Of a stretch of 64,000 nucleotides of DNA, positions 20,493 to 30,093 are shown piece by piece (within the stretch, counting starts at the first letter, position 1; every line of letters starts with the position of its first letter). The position numbers and the translations under genes were made by a program. The notes beneath the pieces are model-generated. The model did no database searches and was not told the origin of the DNA. It saw only the letters and a list, made by a program, of their open reading frames with translations. This stretch comes from Flavisolibacter sp. (GTDB lineage: Bacteria > Bacteroidota > Bacteroidia > Chitinophagales > Chitinophagaceae): the NCBI GenBank assembly GCA_035761965.1, contig DASTPZ010000131.1, positions 1,925-65,924 on the forward strand, read 5' to 3'.

Positions 20493-22934
20493 TTAAAATG
20501 TGTAGGCCACTGTTGCCAGCCAGTTACGGGGCGCCCCGGGAAATAACCTCAAAAAGTCGTAGCCACCTGCCCAATAAGTCTTATCGAGCAGGTTATTCAT
20601 ATTCAGCTGCAGCTGAAACTTATCCACCTTATAGTATACGGCGGCGTTCAGCAGCTCATAGCCCGGTAGTGTCTGCGACTGGTTCAGCGATACATTTCTC
20701 CGGGTTACAAAATTGCCCCCCAGACCAAAACCAAGCCCTGAGAGACTGCCTTTTCTAAACATGTATTTGGTCCAGAAACTTCCCTGGTGCTCCGGTGCAT
20801 TGGGCTTTTGCCTTCCGATCTCGTCTTTTACTGGGCTTTCAGTAATAGATGCATCATTATAGGCATAAGTGAGCACCAGGTTCCAGGAGGGATTGATCTG
20901 GCCCATGGCCTCGAATTCAACACCCCTTGCCTCTTCCTTCCCGATCTGGCGAAGCAGGTCGGGTTGGCCGGCCAGCCCTGCATTATACAGTGCATTCCTC
21001 AGCTCGATCCTGTACACCGAGGCTGTAACCGCCAGCCGTTTCCCGAACCATTCGCTTTTGGCACCAACCTCCATCAGGCTGCTGTAAAGCGGATCAAAAG
21101 GTCCACCCGCCAAAGGATTGGCAATGATGCTGGCTGTCTGGGGCTGGTAGCCCTTTGCATAGGTTCCATAAATGTTCAGCTTTGTATTGACGGAATACAC
21201 CAACCCAAACCTGGGAATAAGGGCATCCTGGCTCACGGAGTTTTCTGCCGGCTTGAGATAATTTATCTTATCCGAAAAACGCTCGTAGCGAATCCCGATC
21301 AATGCCTGCAGCCTTCCAATCCTGATCTGGTCCTGCAGGTAAAAACCCTGAAGCGAATTGAAGGTGGGATCGAAGTCCACGCGCGAAAAGAAGTATTTCG
21401 ACATGTCCTGCAGCGCATATGGACTGGCAGAAGTAAGGTCGAAATGTGCCACATTCGGCACGGGGCGCTTGACACCATTTACGGTTTGATAAAGAAATTG
21501 TGACGGCTGTGCCGGATTATAATTGCCGGCCCCTGTGTTGGTGGCGTTCCTATAGCCCCTGGCCTGGAGCTGCGAGCCGCCAAAAGGTTGCTTCTCCTGC
21601 GAATAGTCTGTTCCCAGCAAAAGCCTGTGCGAGGTAAGACCAAGGTTGAGATCATAGGTGAGGAAGACCGAAGCATTGTCTACATACCGCTTGCGTTTAC
21701 GAACAAAGACCTGCATCTCCACCAATGTGGGAATGATAGCGCCTGCGCTGTCCTTTGCGTAGGTATTGGCCGTGCGGTGTTCGAGAAGGTCTTCTTCGTA
21801 GCCTGTTCTTACATAAGCAAGGTTGAACTGCAGGCGGTCGCTGAACTTGTGGTTGAGCGAGGTAGTGAGCATGTAATTGTCTTCGTTGAGGTAGTCGTTC
21901 GACTGGCTCAGGCTTTTTGATACAGGAACGGAATAAATATCGTTGTTTCCAAAAACCGCCTGCCCGCGGTCGAGCCGGCTATTGGACTTGTTGTAAACCA
22001 GGTCGAAATTGAACCGGGTCTTTTCGGTTGGGATAAAGGAGATCGAGGGCGCGATAATGATGTTCTTGTCGAACTGCAGGTTACGGAAGCTGCCGGAGTT
22101 TTCATAGCCAAGGTTGAGGCGGTAGAGCAGCGTCTTTTCCTTATTCATCGGCCCGGTAAAATCGGCCAGGGCCCTCAGGGTATTGAAGCTGCCGGTGGTG
22201 AAGCTGATGCTTTGCCTTTGCTCTTCCAGGGGTTTTTTGGTTACACGGTTGATGGTACCACCTGGAGAAGTGTTTCCAAAGAGCGCCGACGCCGGCCCTT
22301 TGATCACCTCCACTCTTTCGAGATAGTTGGTGAGCGACTGTTTCCAGAACCCCGTCGTGGTGCGCATGCCATTGATCAATTGCACGCCGCCCTCACCGCC
22401 CTGTACCCTGAATCCGCGGATAGTTACATCGTCGTAAAAGCTGAACTGGTTCACGCCACTGAAGTTCTTTACAATATCGCCAAGACGCATGGCCTGCTGG
22501 TCCTGCATAAGCTCCTTGGTTACATAGCTGATGGATTGCGGAACATCCTTAAGTGCGGTAGCCGTTTTTGTACCGGCAAATGAGCTGCCGTTCTTATAGC
22601 CGGTTTCCTTCCGGCCTATGATCTCTACGGTCTGCATCTGCCGAACCACTTCGCTCAGCACCAGGTCGATCACGGTTTCCTTGCCGTCTTCGAGGTTGAT
22701 ATTCTTCTGAACTTCTTCAAAACCTATGGCGGATACGGTCATTTTTGCAGCACCTGCCTTTGTAATGACGCGGTATTCACCCTGTCCATTGCCCAAAACA
22801 GACTGGCCGTTCAGTACCACCGTGGCTGCGGCTATGGGCTCACCCTGGCTGCTTGTTATCTTTCCCTTTACAATGGCTTGTGTCATTGCCTGCAGGGATG
22901 CTAGCATCATTCCTAAAAAAAACAGTTTCTTCAT
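20493..22934 (-). CDS. TonB-dependent siderophore receptor
   Basis: TKTATALKDVPQSI; LERVEVIKGPASALFG..SPGGTIN; ends PGAPRNWLATVAYTF. Confidence 0.92.
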   Translation of the reverse strand: MKKLFFLGMMLASLQAMTQAIVKGKITSSQGEPIAAATVVLNGQSVLGNGQGEYRVITKAGAAKMTVSAIGFEEVQKNINLEDGKETVIDLVLSEVVRQMQTVEIIGRKETGYKNGSSFAGTKTATALKDVPQSISYVTKELMQDQQAMRLGDIVKNFSGVNQFSFYDDVTIRGFRVQGGEGGVQLINGMRTTTGFWKQSLTNYLERVEVIKGPASALFGNTSPGGTINRVTKKPLEEQRQSISFTTGSFNTLRALADFTGPMNKEKTLLYRLNLGYENSGSFRNLQFDKNIIIAPSISFIPTEKTRFNFDLVYNKSNSRLDRGQAVFGNNDIYSVPVSKSLSQSNDYLNEDNYMLTTSLNHKFSDRLQFNLAYVRTGYEEDLLEHRTANTYAKDSAGAIIPTLVEMQVFVRKRKRYVDNASVFLTYDLNLGLTSHRLLLGTDYSQEKQPFGGSQLQARGYRNATNTGAGNYNPAQPSQFLYQTVNGVKRPVPNVAHFDLTSASPYALQDMSKYFFSRVDFDPTFNSLQGFYLQDQIRIGRLQALIGIRYERFSDKINYLKPAENSVSQDALIPRFGLVYSVNTKLNIYGTYAKGYQPQTASIIANPLAGGPFDPLYSSLMEVGAKSEWFGKRLAVTASVYRIELRNALYNAGLAGQPDLLRQIGKEEARGVEFEAMGQINPSWNLVLTYAYNDASITESPVKDEIGRQKPNAPEHQGSFWTKYMFRKGSLSGLGFGLGGNFVTRRNVSLNQSQTLPGYELLNAAVYYKVDKFQLQLNMNNLLDKTYWAGGYDFLRLFPGAPRNWLATVAYTF

Positions 22935-22980
22935 CACTCGCTGATTTCGCCGCAAAGCTGATAAATCGCTGCTCTTTTTG

Positions 22981-23018
22981 GTTACGAGTTGGGAAAGTTG
23001 AGTTACGCATTCAGGAAA
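22981..23018. promoter_or_regulatory. Putative LytTR direct-repeat binding site
   Basis: GTTACGAGTTGGGAAA and GTTACGCATTCAGGAAA, starting 21 bp apart, between the LytTR gene and the receptor start. Confidence 0.45.
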
Positions 23019-23078
23019 TATATGGCTGCGGAACCAACGAAAACGGAAGCCGTAAAAGGTGGATAGCCAGGAACTGCC

Positions 23079-23846
23079 TCACCTGTCCAGCCATTTTTTA
23101 AAAGCCGGGGCTTTTTCGCGGCTGATGTCCACTTCCATTTTCAATGGCGGCTTCAGCTGTACCAGCAGCTTCTGGTTGCCATGAGGCCTTACGATATGGA
23201 TGGCATTGATGTGAACAATGGTTTGCCTGTTGGCCCTGAAGAAAAACCTTGGATCGAGCAACACCTCCATATCATCGAGGGGAGAAAAATCGTAGATGAA
23301 TTTTTCTCCACTGAATGTATGAAGGTAATTGAGGTTATCCTTGTAGATCAGCGCGATGTCGGCCGTTTCCACAGGCATCCATTTATTGTTGGCGTTCACA
23401 ATGAACCGTTCCTTATACTGGGCCGAACCGGCAGGATTGGTAAAATGTTTAATTAGCTGCTGTATGTCAACGGGCATGGCTGCCGTGCTTTCCTGCTGCT
23501 GTCTCACCTTTTCTATCGCCCGCGCCAGCTCCTCTTCCTGCACGGGCTTGAGCAGGTAATCCACGCCGTTTACCTTAAACGCCCGGATGGCATACTCTTC
23601 GTAGGCCGTACAAAAGATCACAGGACACCTGAGCGTAAACTGCGAAAAAAGCTCGAAGCTCAGCCCATCGCTCAGCTTGATATCCATGAAGATCAGGTCC
23701 GGTTCGGCATTGATCATGAACCATTTTCTTGCAGCCTTTAGGCTGGGCAATACCTGCAGCACCTCTACATCAGGAGCTACAGAACCAATAATGGCCCGCA
23801 TTTCATCTGCGATCAGGCTTTCGTCTTCTATGATCAGCGCTTTCAT
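23079..23846 (-). CDS. LytR/AlgR family response regulator
   Basis: IIEDE, DLIFMDI and YLLKP receiver motifs; FFRANRQ LytTR domain. Confidence 0.95.
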   Translation of the reverse strand: MKALIIEDESLIADEMRAIIGSVAPDVEVLQVLPSLKAARKWFMINAEPDLIFMDIKLSDGLSFELFSQFTLRCPVIFCTAYEEYAIRAFKVNGVDYLLKPVQEEELARAIEKVRQQQESTAAMPVDIQQLIKHFTNPAGSAQYKERFIVNANNKWMPVETADIALIYKDNLNYLHTFSGEKFIYDFSPLDDMEVLLDPRFFFRANRQTIVHINAIHIVRPHGNQKLLVQLKPPLKMEVDISREKAPAFKKWLDR

Positions 23847-26800
23847 AACAATGGAATTTTTACGGTAAAGCTGTTTTGATCCTCTTCTATTAATACCGGT
23901 TTTTTTGTATAGAACCGGTAAAGGTTGTGCAGGTTTGTGAGTCCCTGCCGGTTGCTCGTTTCTACAATATGATAACGCTGCAAATTGTTTTGCACAACGA
24001 TATACTCATCCGCCGCACTGATATTGATACACAGGGGGCTTTCGCTATCGGCGGTATTATGCTTGATTGCGTTCTCCACGAGGTTCTGCAAGGTAACGGG
24101 TACAACCATGCGCTTAAGACAGCCATCGTCGAGCTGCACCGTCACCTGCAGGCCCTCCCCAAAGCGTATCTTTTGGAGGGTTACAAAGGTTTGCACAAAA
24201 TCGATCTCCTCCCGAACAGTCGTTAGCTCTCGCTCGCGGCTTTTGAGCACGTACCTGTATATTTTGCTCAGTCCGTCCAAGAAGATAGTGGCTGTTCTTG
24301 TGTCGGTTTTTATAAGGCTGCGCAGAGAAGTAAGGGAATTGAAAAGAAAATGAGGATTGAGATGCTGCTTGAGGCTTTCGTACTGGACAACGGTTTTTTC
24401 CTTCTCCAGCTCCTTAGCCTTTGTTTCCAGCCGTAGGATCTGCCTTTGCTTGTTCATCCGGAATCGGTAAACCAGGTATAGGCCGTACCCAGCCAGCAGC
24501 AGCATCGCCAGCCAGAAGGATGCCGTTTTATAATAAATGGTATCTACGTGCACACTCAGCTGCCTTGCATCGTCTGTCCAGTTAGCGGCGTCCGGCGAGG
24601 CTTTGTACAAAAAACGGTAGCTGCCGCCAGGTACATTGGTATAGTGTATGGCTCTTTCCTTTGTATAGATCCAGTCCTTGTCAAAGCCTTCCAGCTTGTA
24701 GGCATACCAGGTTTGGGACGGGTTTTCGTAATTGAGGGCAGAAAGCCTGATGGTAAAAAAGTTCTGGCTGTGCCTGAAGCTTATGTTCTTTAGCTCTTCG
24801 TAATTCACTGGTACATTGGCCGGCTGGTTGAATACTTCTATGCCCGAGATGTAAGCGCTGAGCGGACTGTGTGCTTCCGCGTATTGCTCCGGGTCGAATG
24901 CCACAAAACCTTTGAGCGACGGAAAGATAAAGCGGCCATCCCTGCTTATGTAAGAAGGCATATCAGTGAATTCCATGGTCGGTAAGCCATCTCCTTCATC
25001 AAACACCTTCCACAGCCTGCGCTCCCTGTCGAGCATGAGCAGTCCTTTTGTACTGCCCGCCCATACCCTGTCCTGGCGGTCTACCTGTATGCAGGACGTG
25101 CGCGTAGAAGGCAACCCATTATGCCGGCCAAATTGGGTGAACTTGTTGGTAGCTTCGTCGTAGCAGGCGATACCCGAAAATGTGCTGACCCATATCCTGC
25201 CTGCACGGTCCTGTGCAATGCCGGTTACAAGATCGCCGCTGAGCGATGTGCTGTCGCCCTCTTTGGCTTTCCAGTGCCTCAGCGTGCCGGCCGCTTCATT
25301 ATAACAGGCCAGTCCTCCTCCATTCAGCCCGAACCATAAACGTTTGCCGCGATCTTCAAAAATGCTTCGCACACCATACCTGTTGATGTCCTTGAGCACA
25401 GGATGAGTGCCGATACCCGAGAACCCTGCCTGTCCCGGCTGCCTGCAATACAATCCTTCAAAATCGCGTCCGCCTATCCAGATATTGCCGCGGCTATCTT
25501 TTAACCCGCTGAAATAAAAAGCCTCTGGCAAAGCATCCTTCTTCCCCAGGAAATCCATTTTGCCGCTTGCTATATGATAGCGATTGACACCTCCCCCTGT
25601 GATCATCCATACCATGCCGCTGTCGTATAGCACACCCCTCACCGAGTTCGAATAAAGAATTCGCGGCCGGCCTTCTTCATTTTTCCATTTGCCTGTTACA
25701 CCCCGGCCGGGTGTATAGCGCATTACACCATCGAGGGTGGCCAGCCAGAAGTTTCCTTCGTCATCTTCTGCGGCTGCGCGGCCCCACATCCATCCACCCG
25801 CGGTGGTTTCGGATTTCCTCGGCAGGATCGTTTGAAAAAGGTTCTTGTCCGGGTCAAAATAATTAACTCCATAACCTTCTGTACCGGCCCAGATCAATCC
25901 CTGCCTGTCCTGGAATAGCGCGGTAAAATGGTTGGCTGTTGGACTTAAAGGCAAAAACGGATCATTGGTAAAAGAAGAAAATACATTTGTTTCCGGATGA
26001 TAAAGACAAAGACCGTCATTTACCGTTGTCACCCACAGGCGGCCCTTACCATCGACCAACAGGTCAGAAATGGCATTGGGTACGGGTGTTCTGCCGGGAA
26101 AAATATAATTGTAAACTGTAAAGTCCGAAAAGCGGGTATTGGTCCTGATCAGTACCGGCCGGTCGATAAGGCTGACCCAGACCGTGCCCGAGGGGGTAGC
26201 TTCTACTGAAAAATAAAATGCCGGGCCCAGTCCGGGTACTGTTCTCAGGCTAACTGTGCCGGCAGCCAGGTCGTATACCACCAGGCCCCGTCTCGAAGTG
26301 GCGATCACCTGCCGGTCCTGCGTGAGGCAGATGTCAACCAGCGCCTGTTTCATCAGCTCTTTCTGCGCCGTATCTTTTTGCCTGTCGCTGAGAAAACTGA
26401 TGCGGCCCGTAGAGGCATCGAGCTCCGCCAATCCTTCTGATGTAGCGACCAAGACTGTGTTCCTGCCTTGTGAGAGCATATGTCCGGCTGCAAAAGGCCT
26501 GTCGGCTTTGATGCGCCGGAAGGATGAGCTATGGTAGTCGTATTGAACAATGCCATCCGAAAAGCCTATGTACAGGTTACCGTTGCCTGCACAAACGATG
26601 GAAGACACACCGCCCGGGTAGATCGAAGTGCTGTCGCCGGGCCTGTGAAGAAAGCTGCTGACAGAATAGCTGTCGTAGCGATTAAGCCCGCTTTGTGTGC
26701 CGATCCAGATATAGCCATATTTATCCTGGCCGAATGCACGGATGGAGCCATCGTTCAATCCCTTTGCCGCATTGAGGCTATGAAAATGGGGTGTTTGAGC

Positions 26801-26851
26801 GGGTGCCGTCGCAGCAGTCAGGAGAAAACATATGATGAACAGGAAACGCAT
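23843..26851 (-). CDS. LytS-type sensor histidine kinase with periplasmic beta-propeller and Y_Y_Y domain
   Basis: Repeated D..G.IWIGT propeller units; YAYKLEGFD; TM helix; HLNPHFLFNSL; LVENAIKH; 4-bp overlap with the response regulator. Confidence 0.92.
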   Translation of the reverse strand: MRFLFIICFLLTAATAPAQTPHFHSLNAAKGLNDGSIRAFGQDKYGYIWIGTQSGLNRYDSYSVSSFLHRPGDSTSIYPGGVSSIVCAGNGNLYIGFSDGIVQYDYHSSSFRRIKADRPFAAGHMLSQGRNTVLVATSEGLAELDASTGRISFLSDRQKDTAQKELMKQALVDICLTQDRQVIATSRRGLVVYDLAAGTVSLRTVPGLGPAFYFSVEATPSGTVWVSLIDRPVLIRTNTRFSDFTVYNYIFPGRTPVPNAISDLLVDGKGRLWVTTVNDGLCLYHPETNVFSSFTNDPFLPLSPTANHFTALFQDRQGLIWAGTEGYGVNYFDPDKNLFQTILPRKSETTAGGWMWGRAAAEDDEGNFWLATLDGVMRYTPGRGVTGKWKNEEGRPRILYSNSVRGVLYDSGMVWMITGGGVNRYHIASGKMDFLGKKDALPEAFYFSGLKDSRGNIWIGGRDFEGLYCRQPGQAGFSGIGTHPVLKDINRYGVRSIFEDRGKRLWFGLNGGGLACYNEAAGTLRHWKAKEGDSTSLSGDLVTGIAQDRAGRIWVSTFSGIACYDEATNKFTQFGRHNGLPSTRTSCIQVDRQDRVWAGSTKGLLMLDRERRLWKVFDEGDGLPTMEFTDMPSYISRDGRFIFPSLKGFVAFDPEQYAEAHSPLSAYISGIEVFNQPANVPVNYEELKNISFRHSQNFFTIRLSALNYENPSQTWYAYKLEGFDKDWIYTKERAIHYTNVPGGSYRFLYKASPDAANWTDDARQLSVHVDTIYYKTASFWLAMLLLAGYGLYLVYRFRMNKQRQILRLETKAKELEKEKTVVQYESLKQHLNPHFLFNSLTSLRSLIKTDTRTATIFLDGLSKIYRYVLKSRERELTTVREEIDFVQTFVTLQKIRFGEGLQVTVQLDDGCLKRMVVPVTLQNLVENAIKHNTADSESPLCINISAADEYIVVQNNLQRYHIVETSNRQGLTNLHNLYRFYTKKPVLIEEDQNSFTVKIPLL

Positions 26852-27350
26852 GCGCCAGAAAAGTAGAAACAAAAGCGCTGAACTCAAAAAGGAGGAGACC
26901 CGAAACGGATAATGCGGCGGTTGAGGCGTAAGAAAAGAAGCCCGAAGCGAGGATTGTGCTAAAAGCTCCCATCCTGCATGATTAACAGCCACTGCGGTCC
27001 TGGAAATCTAGGCTGGCACAATGATGTCAGCTGTGGGGAAACAATTAATGTAGTTTAATTACGCAAATTTTTTAGCACAAAATCTTGAATGGGTTGTTAT
27101 GTCAGTTTCTTACACAAGCCTGACAAATGGGTTGTCTGTCACGTGCGTATTCCATTATTTATCAATCTGGACAATTCGTATCCACTTCCAGATGTCCAAT
27201 AAACTATTGGTTAATGTCGATTGACGTCGCTGATTAGGGTCAGGGTTTGTTGACCAATATTTTTACACCAAAAAAAGGCGACCACGTATCAACGACACTT
27301 TCGATGAAGCAGGAATTGCATTTCTGATTTTATTATTTATTTTGGTAATA

Positions 27351-27375
27351 GAAAAGCCCGGTTAATACCGGGCTT
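27351..27375 (-). terminator. Intrinsic terminator-like hairpin
   Basis: AAGCCCGGT-TAAT-ACCGGGCTT 9-bp stem; the preceding GAAAA gives a short U-tract on the minus strand. Confidence 0.5.
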
Positions 27376-27491
27376 GTAAATTAGGGAAGGAGCACAAACT
27401 GCGGGAATTAATGACCTCTGTCCAATTTGCTGACTTCCCTTTGCTTTATCTTAAAGTAATTTAATTCACATTGAAAGTATAGCATTTAGAT

Positions 27492-29255
27492 ATGATTGCA
27501 AAGTTTAGGCCAAATAAAATTCATACCAACGCAGAAAAATTTCTAGCGCAGAAACTATTGGAATTGTTCTTTAACAAAACCTTAGACTCTCACCGGGCTA
27601 AACTAAATAACCCCAGATGGATTCTAATTGAGTTGTCACAAGTACTAGGCGATTGGAATGAGGGCAAAATTAAGGTCTTTGACAAAACAATCAAACCAGT
27701 TCTACTTGAAACCACACGCTTTTTGGAAGGCCGTCATTACTTGCAGTTTGGAGAAATAAATGAAAAGTATTTTCGGACCCTTTTAGGTAGTTGCACCGAT
27801 AAATCCTATCAGCATCTGTCCTACGCGACAAGCCTGCTATGTCACCTTAATCAGAATTTTTTAGATGCTCTCTTTGATTCCATTGAAAAGGAAATTTCCA
27901 GGCTGAATGTAATCAAGTTCACTGTTGATGACCTAAATGAGCTAAGCAAGTTGACAGACTTCCTCGCAACAGAACTGATTAATCGCGGTCATGCTAAAGC
28001 ATATCTATATTCTATAACCTGGAGGATCTTTGAACATTGGAGGCAGTTCTCCTTCCCGGAGGCACTGGCGGAATTCAAAGGGGCAATAAATAGAGAATTA
28101 GAAGATTTTACAGTTGTTTTTAAGCTGAATAAATTGGGTGGAGGCACCAAAAAAATAGACATTAAAAGCGAGTATGAAATTGGATATGAAAAAATCCAGG
28201 AATTGTCTAAAATAAACAATAAGGCGGCTGTTTTTTTTTCCAAACAGGGGGACTTCGGATATTTTTTAGCAATGGAATTGCCGGGCAGAGACTATTTGTC
28301 AGTAATCGAAAAAGCAAAAAAAGAGGTTTTTTCTCTTATCGATCTTATAAATATGGGATATCCCGACAATCCCTTTGATTTTTCAAAAAAATGCCTTGTC
28401 GTTGGTAAGCGAAAACCTGAACTAACAAACGTGCAGCCGGTTTTTTACACGCCAGATGGAGCTTATATAAACAATGAAAAGCTATATGATCTATTGCTAG
28501 AAAAAAGCAGACGAATTCTAAACAATCGAAGTATTCAAAAAGAAAGTATTCAGAAAATTGTTTCTGCCTTCAGGCATCTTCGACTCGGTCGAGATGCAGA
28601 CGAACTAGAACAGAAGTTTTTAAACTACTGGATCGGACTGGAATATATTTTTTCAAATTATGATGTACATGATACGACAATTACCCGGTTAAAAGAATAT
28701 TTTATACACTCGCATTCCGTAGCTTATTTCAAGCGGAACCTAAGAGAGTTCCATAACGACATAGTCAGGCTGGGTCTTAAAACCCACATACCAAATTTCG
28801 ATAACAACTTGGACTATCTAAAAGATGCTGCTACATACGATAATATAATAGACAAATTCTTTGACGAACATCCACTATTGGCGTTTAGGGCTCACAAATA
28901 CAGACAATTGATAACTGGTACCAAGAAGATAGGAGATGAAATAATTAAGCATCGAACTAACCTTGAATGGCACCTAACCCGTTGTTATAGAATTCGGAAT
29001 GAAATTGTACACGATGCAGCCATTCATCTGAATATTGAATCAATTACAGGCAATCTTAGGTATTACCTTACTTACATACTAAATGGCTTGCTGGAATACC
29101 TTGATACATCAGCAGAAAAAAGTATGGATAGACCAGTCACAATTAGTGACTACTTTTTGCTGCAAGAAATAAAGTATGAAAGTCTCAGTAAATCAGGATT
29201 TCAGCTTGAGAAACTCATGGCTGAAAAAAGTGTGACAGAGATTTTTTCAAAATAA
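27492..29255 (+). CDS. Hypothetical protein with C-terminal ApeA-like HEPN domain, putative defence RNase
   Basis: 587 aa; KFLNYWIGLEYIF helix followed by YRIRNEIVHDA (R-X4-H HEPN motif); low GC. Confidence 0.7.
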   Translation: MIAKFRPNKIHTNAEKFLAQKLLELFFNKTLDSHRAKLNNPRWILIELSQVLGDWNEGKIKVFDKTIKPVLLETTRFLEGRHYLQFGEINEKYFRTLLGSCTDKSYQHLSYATSLLCHLNQNFLDALFDSIEKEISRLNVIKFTVDDLNELSKLTDFLATELINRGHAKAYLYSITWRIFEHWRQFSFPEALAEFKGAINRELEDFTVVFKLNKLGGGTKKIDIKSEYEIGYEKIQELSKINNKAAVFFSKQGDFGYFLAMELPGRDYLSVIEKAKKEVFSLIDLINMGYPDNPFDFSKKCLVVGKRKPELTNVQPVFYTPDGAYINNEKLYDLLLEKSRRILNNRSIQKESIQKIVSAFRHLRLGRDADELEQKFLNYWIGLEYIFSNYDVHDTTITRLKEYFIHSHSVAYFKRNLREFHNDIVRLGLKTHIPNFDNNLDYLKDAATYDNIIDKFFDEHPLLAFRAHKYRQLITGTKKIGDEIIKHRTNLEWHLTRCYRIRNEIVHDAAIHLNIESITGNLRYYLTYILNGLLEYLDTSAEKSMDRPVTISDYFLLQEIKYESLSKSGFQLEKLMAEKSVTEIFSK

Positions 29256-29344
29256 CTTTCGATCACTTTATACCCGCACCTACACTATAAATCAAATAAA
29301 AACAACCCCAGCATTCGGAGCTGATGAAATCAAGCAATAGTAAA

Positions 29345-30093
29345 ATGAAAGATCAATCGTCCCAATCATTGCTACCATAGGCGGATTATTCGCTATAATA
29401 ACTGCATGGAGCCAGTATTACTCAACTAAAGAAGCAGAAAGAAATTCTCAAGTGTTTCAAAACAGTTTATTTGAGAAACATAAGGCACTCGAAGATGTTC
29501 AGCAGCGCCTTATTCAATTGCAGCATGAAAATTTAAACTTATTGACTGGAGGAGATAGCTATTGCATCGTTTATCCTTCATTGCAAAAGAAGGGTGATAT
29601 TTATAGTATGAGCTTTGTAATGGTCAACTACGGGAATTTTCCCTTAAAAGATGTCGAAATTAGGGTCACCGACTTGAGGTATAAGCGAAAGCTTCAAAAG
29701 AGGTTTGCAGAGGATTTCAAAGACGGGAAGAAAAACTTTGATGATTTTGATGAAAAAATAATTTCACCAGACTTCGTTTTTAAGATTCCCTTCCTACCGC
29801 AAAGCATTATAAAAGAAAACGGTTATGAGAGCAGCGTGGCTGAGACTGTAGAGTACCCAAGAAGCAGGGTGCATGATGAGTTAATTTTTAATATCTTTAT
29901 TCGAATCCCCAACGGTAACTACACGCAGCAGACTATAATTCGGGACGTCACAGGCACACGTTTTTTTTGGGTTAAAGCAGTACGAATATTGCCAAATAGT
30001 AAAGACTATAAGTTTGAAAGGATTGACCCGATGTTTCTTAAAGAAGACGAGGCTGCAATTGACTGGGATTCTATTCTTGGACAAGAAGAATAA
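29345..30093 (+). pseudogene. Membrane-anchored hypothetical protein with a 1-bp frameshift after the start (pseudogene or assembly error); intact ORF 29452-30093
   Basis: The long frame extends upstream as RSIVPIIATIGGLFAIITAW (TM) but lacks a start; ATG AAA at 29345 is one base out of frame; adding one A gives MKRSIVPIIAT. Confidence 0.6.

Noticed and set aside
27088-27142. CRISPR mini-array
   Set aside because: Only two ~16-nt imperfect copies and no cas genes
27383-27440. Long imperfect hairpin as an integron attC site
   Set aside because: Lacks RYYYAAC...GTTRRRY boxes; no integron integrase or second similar site
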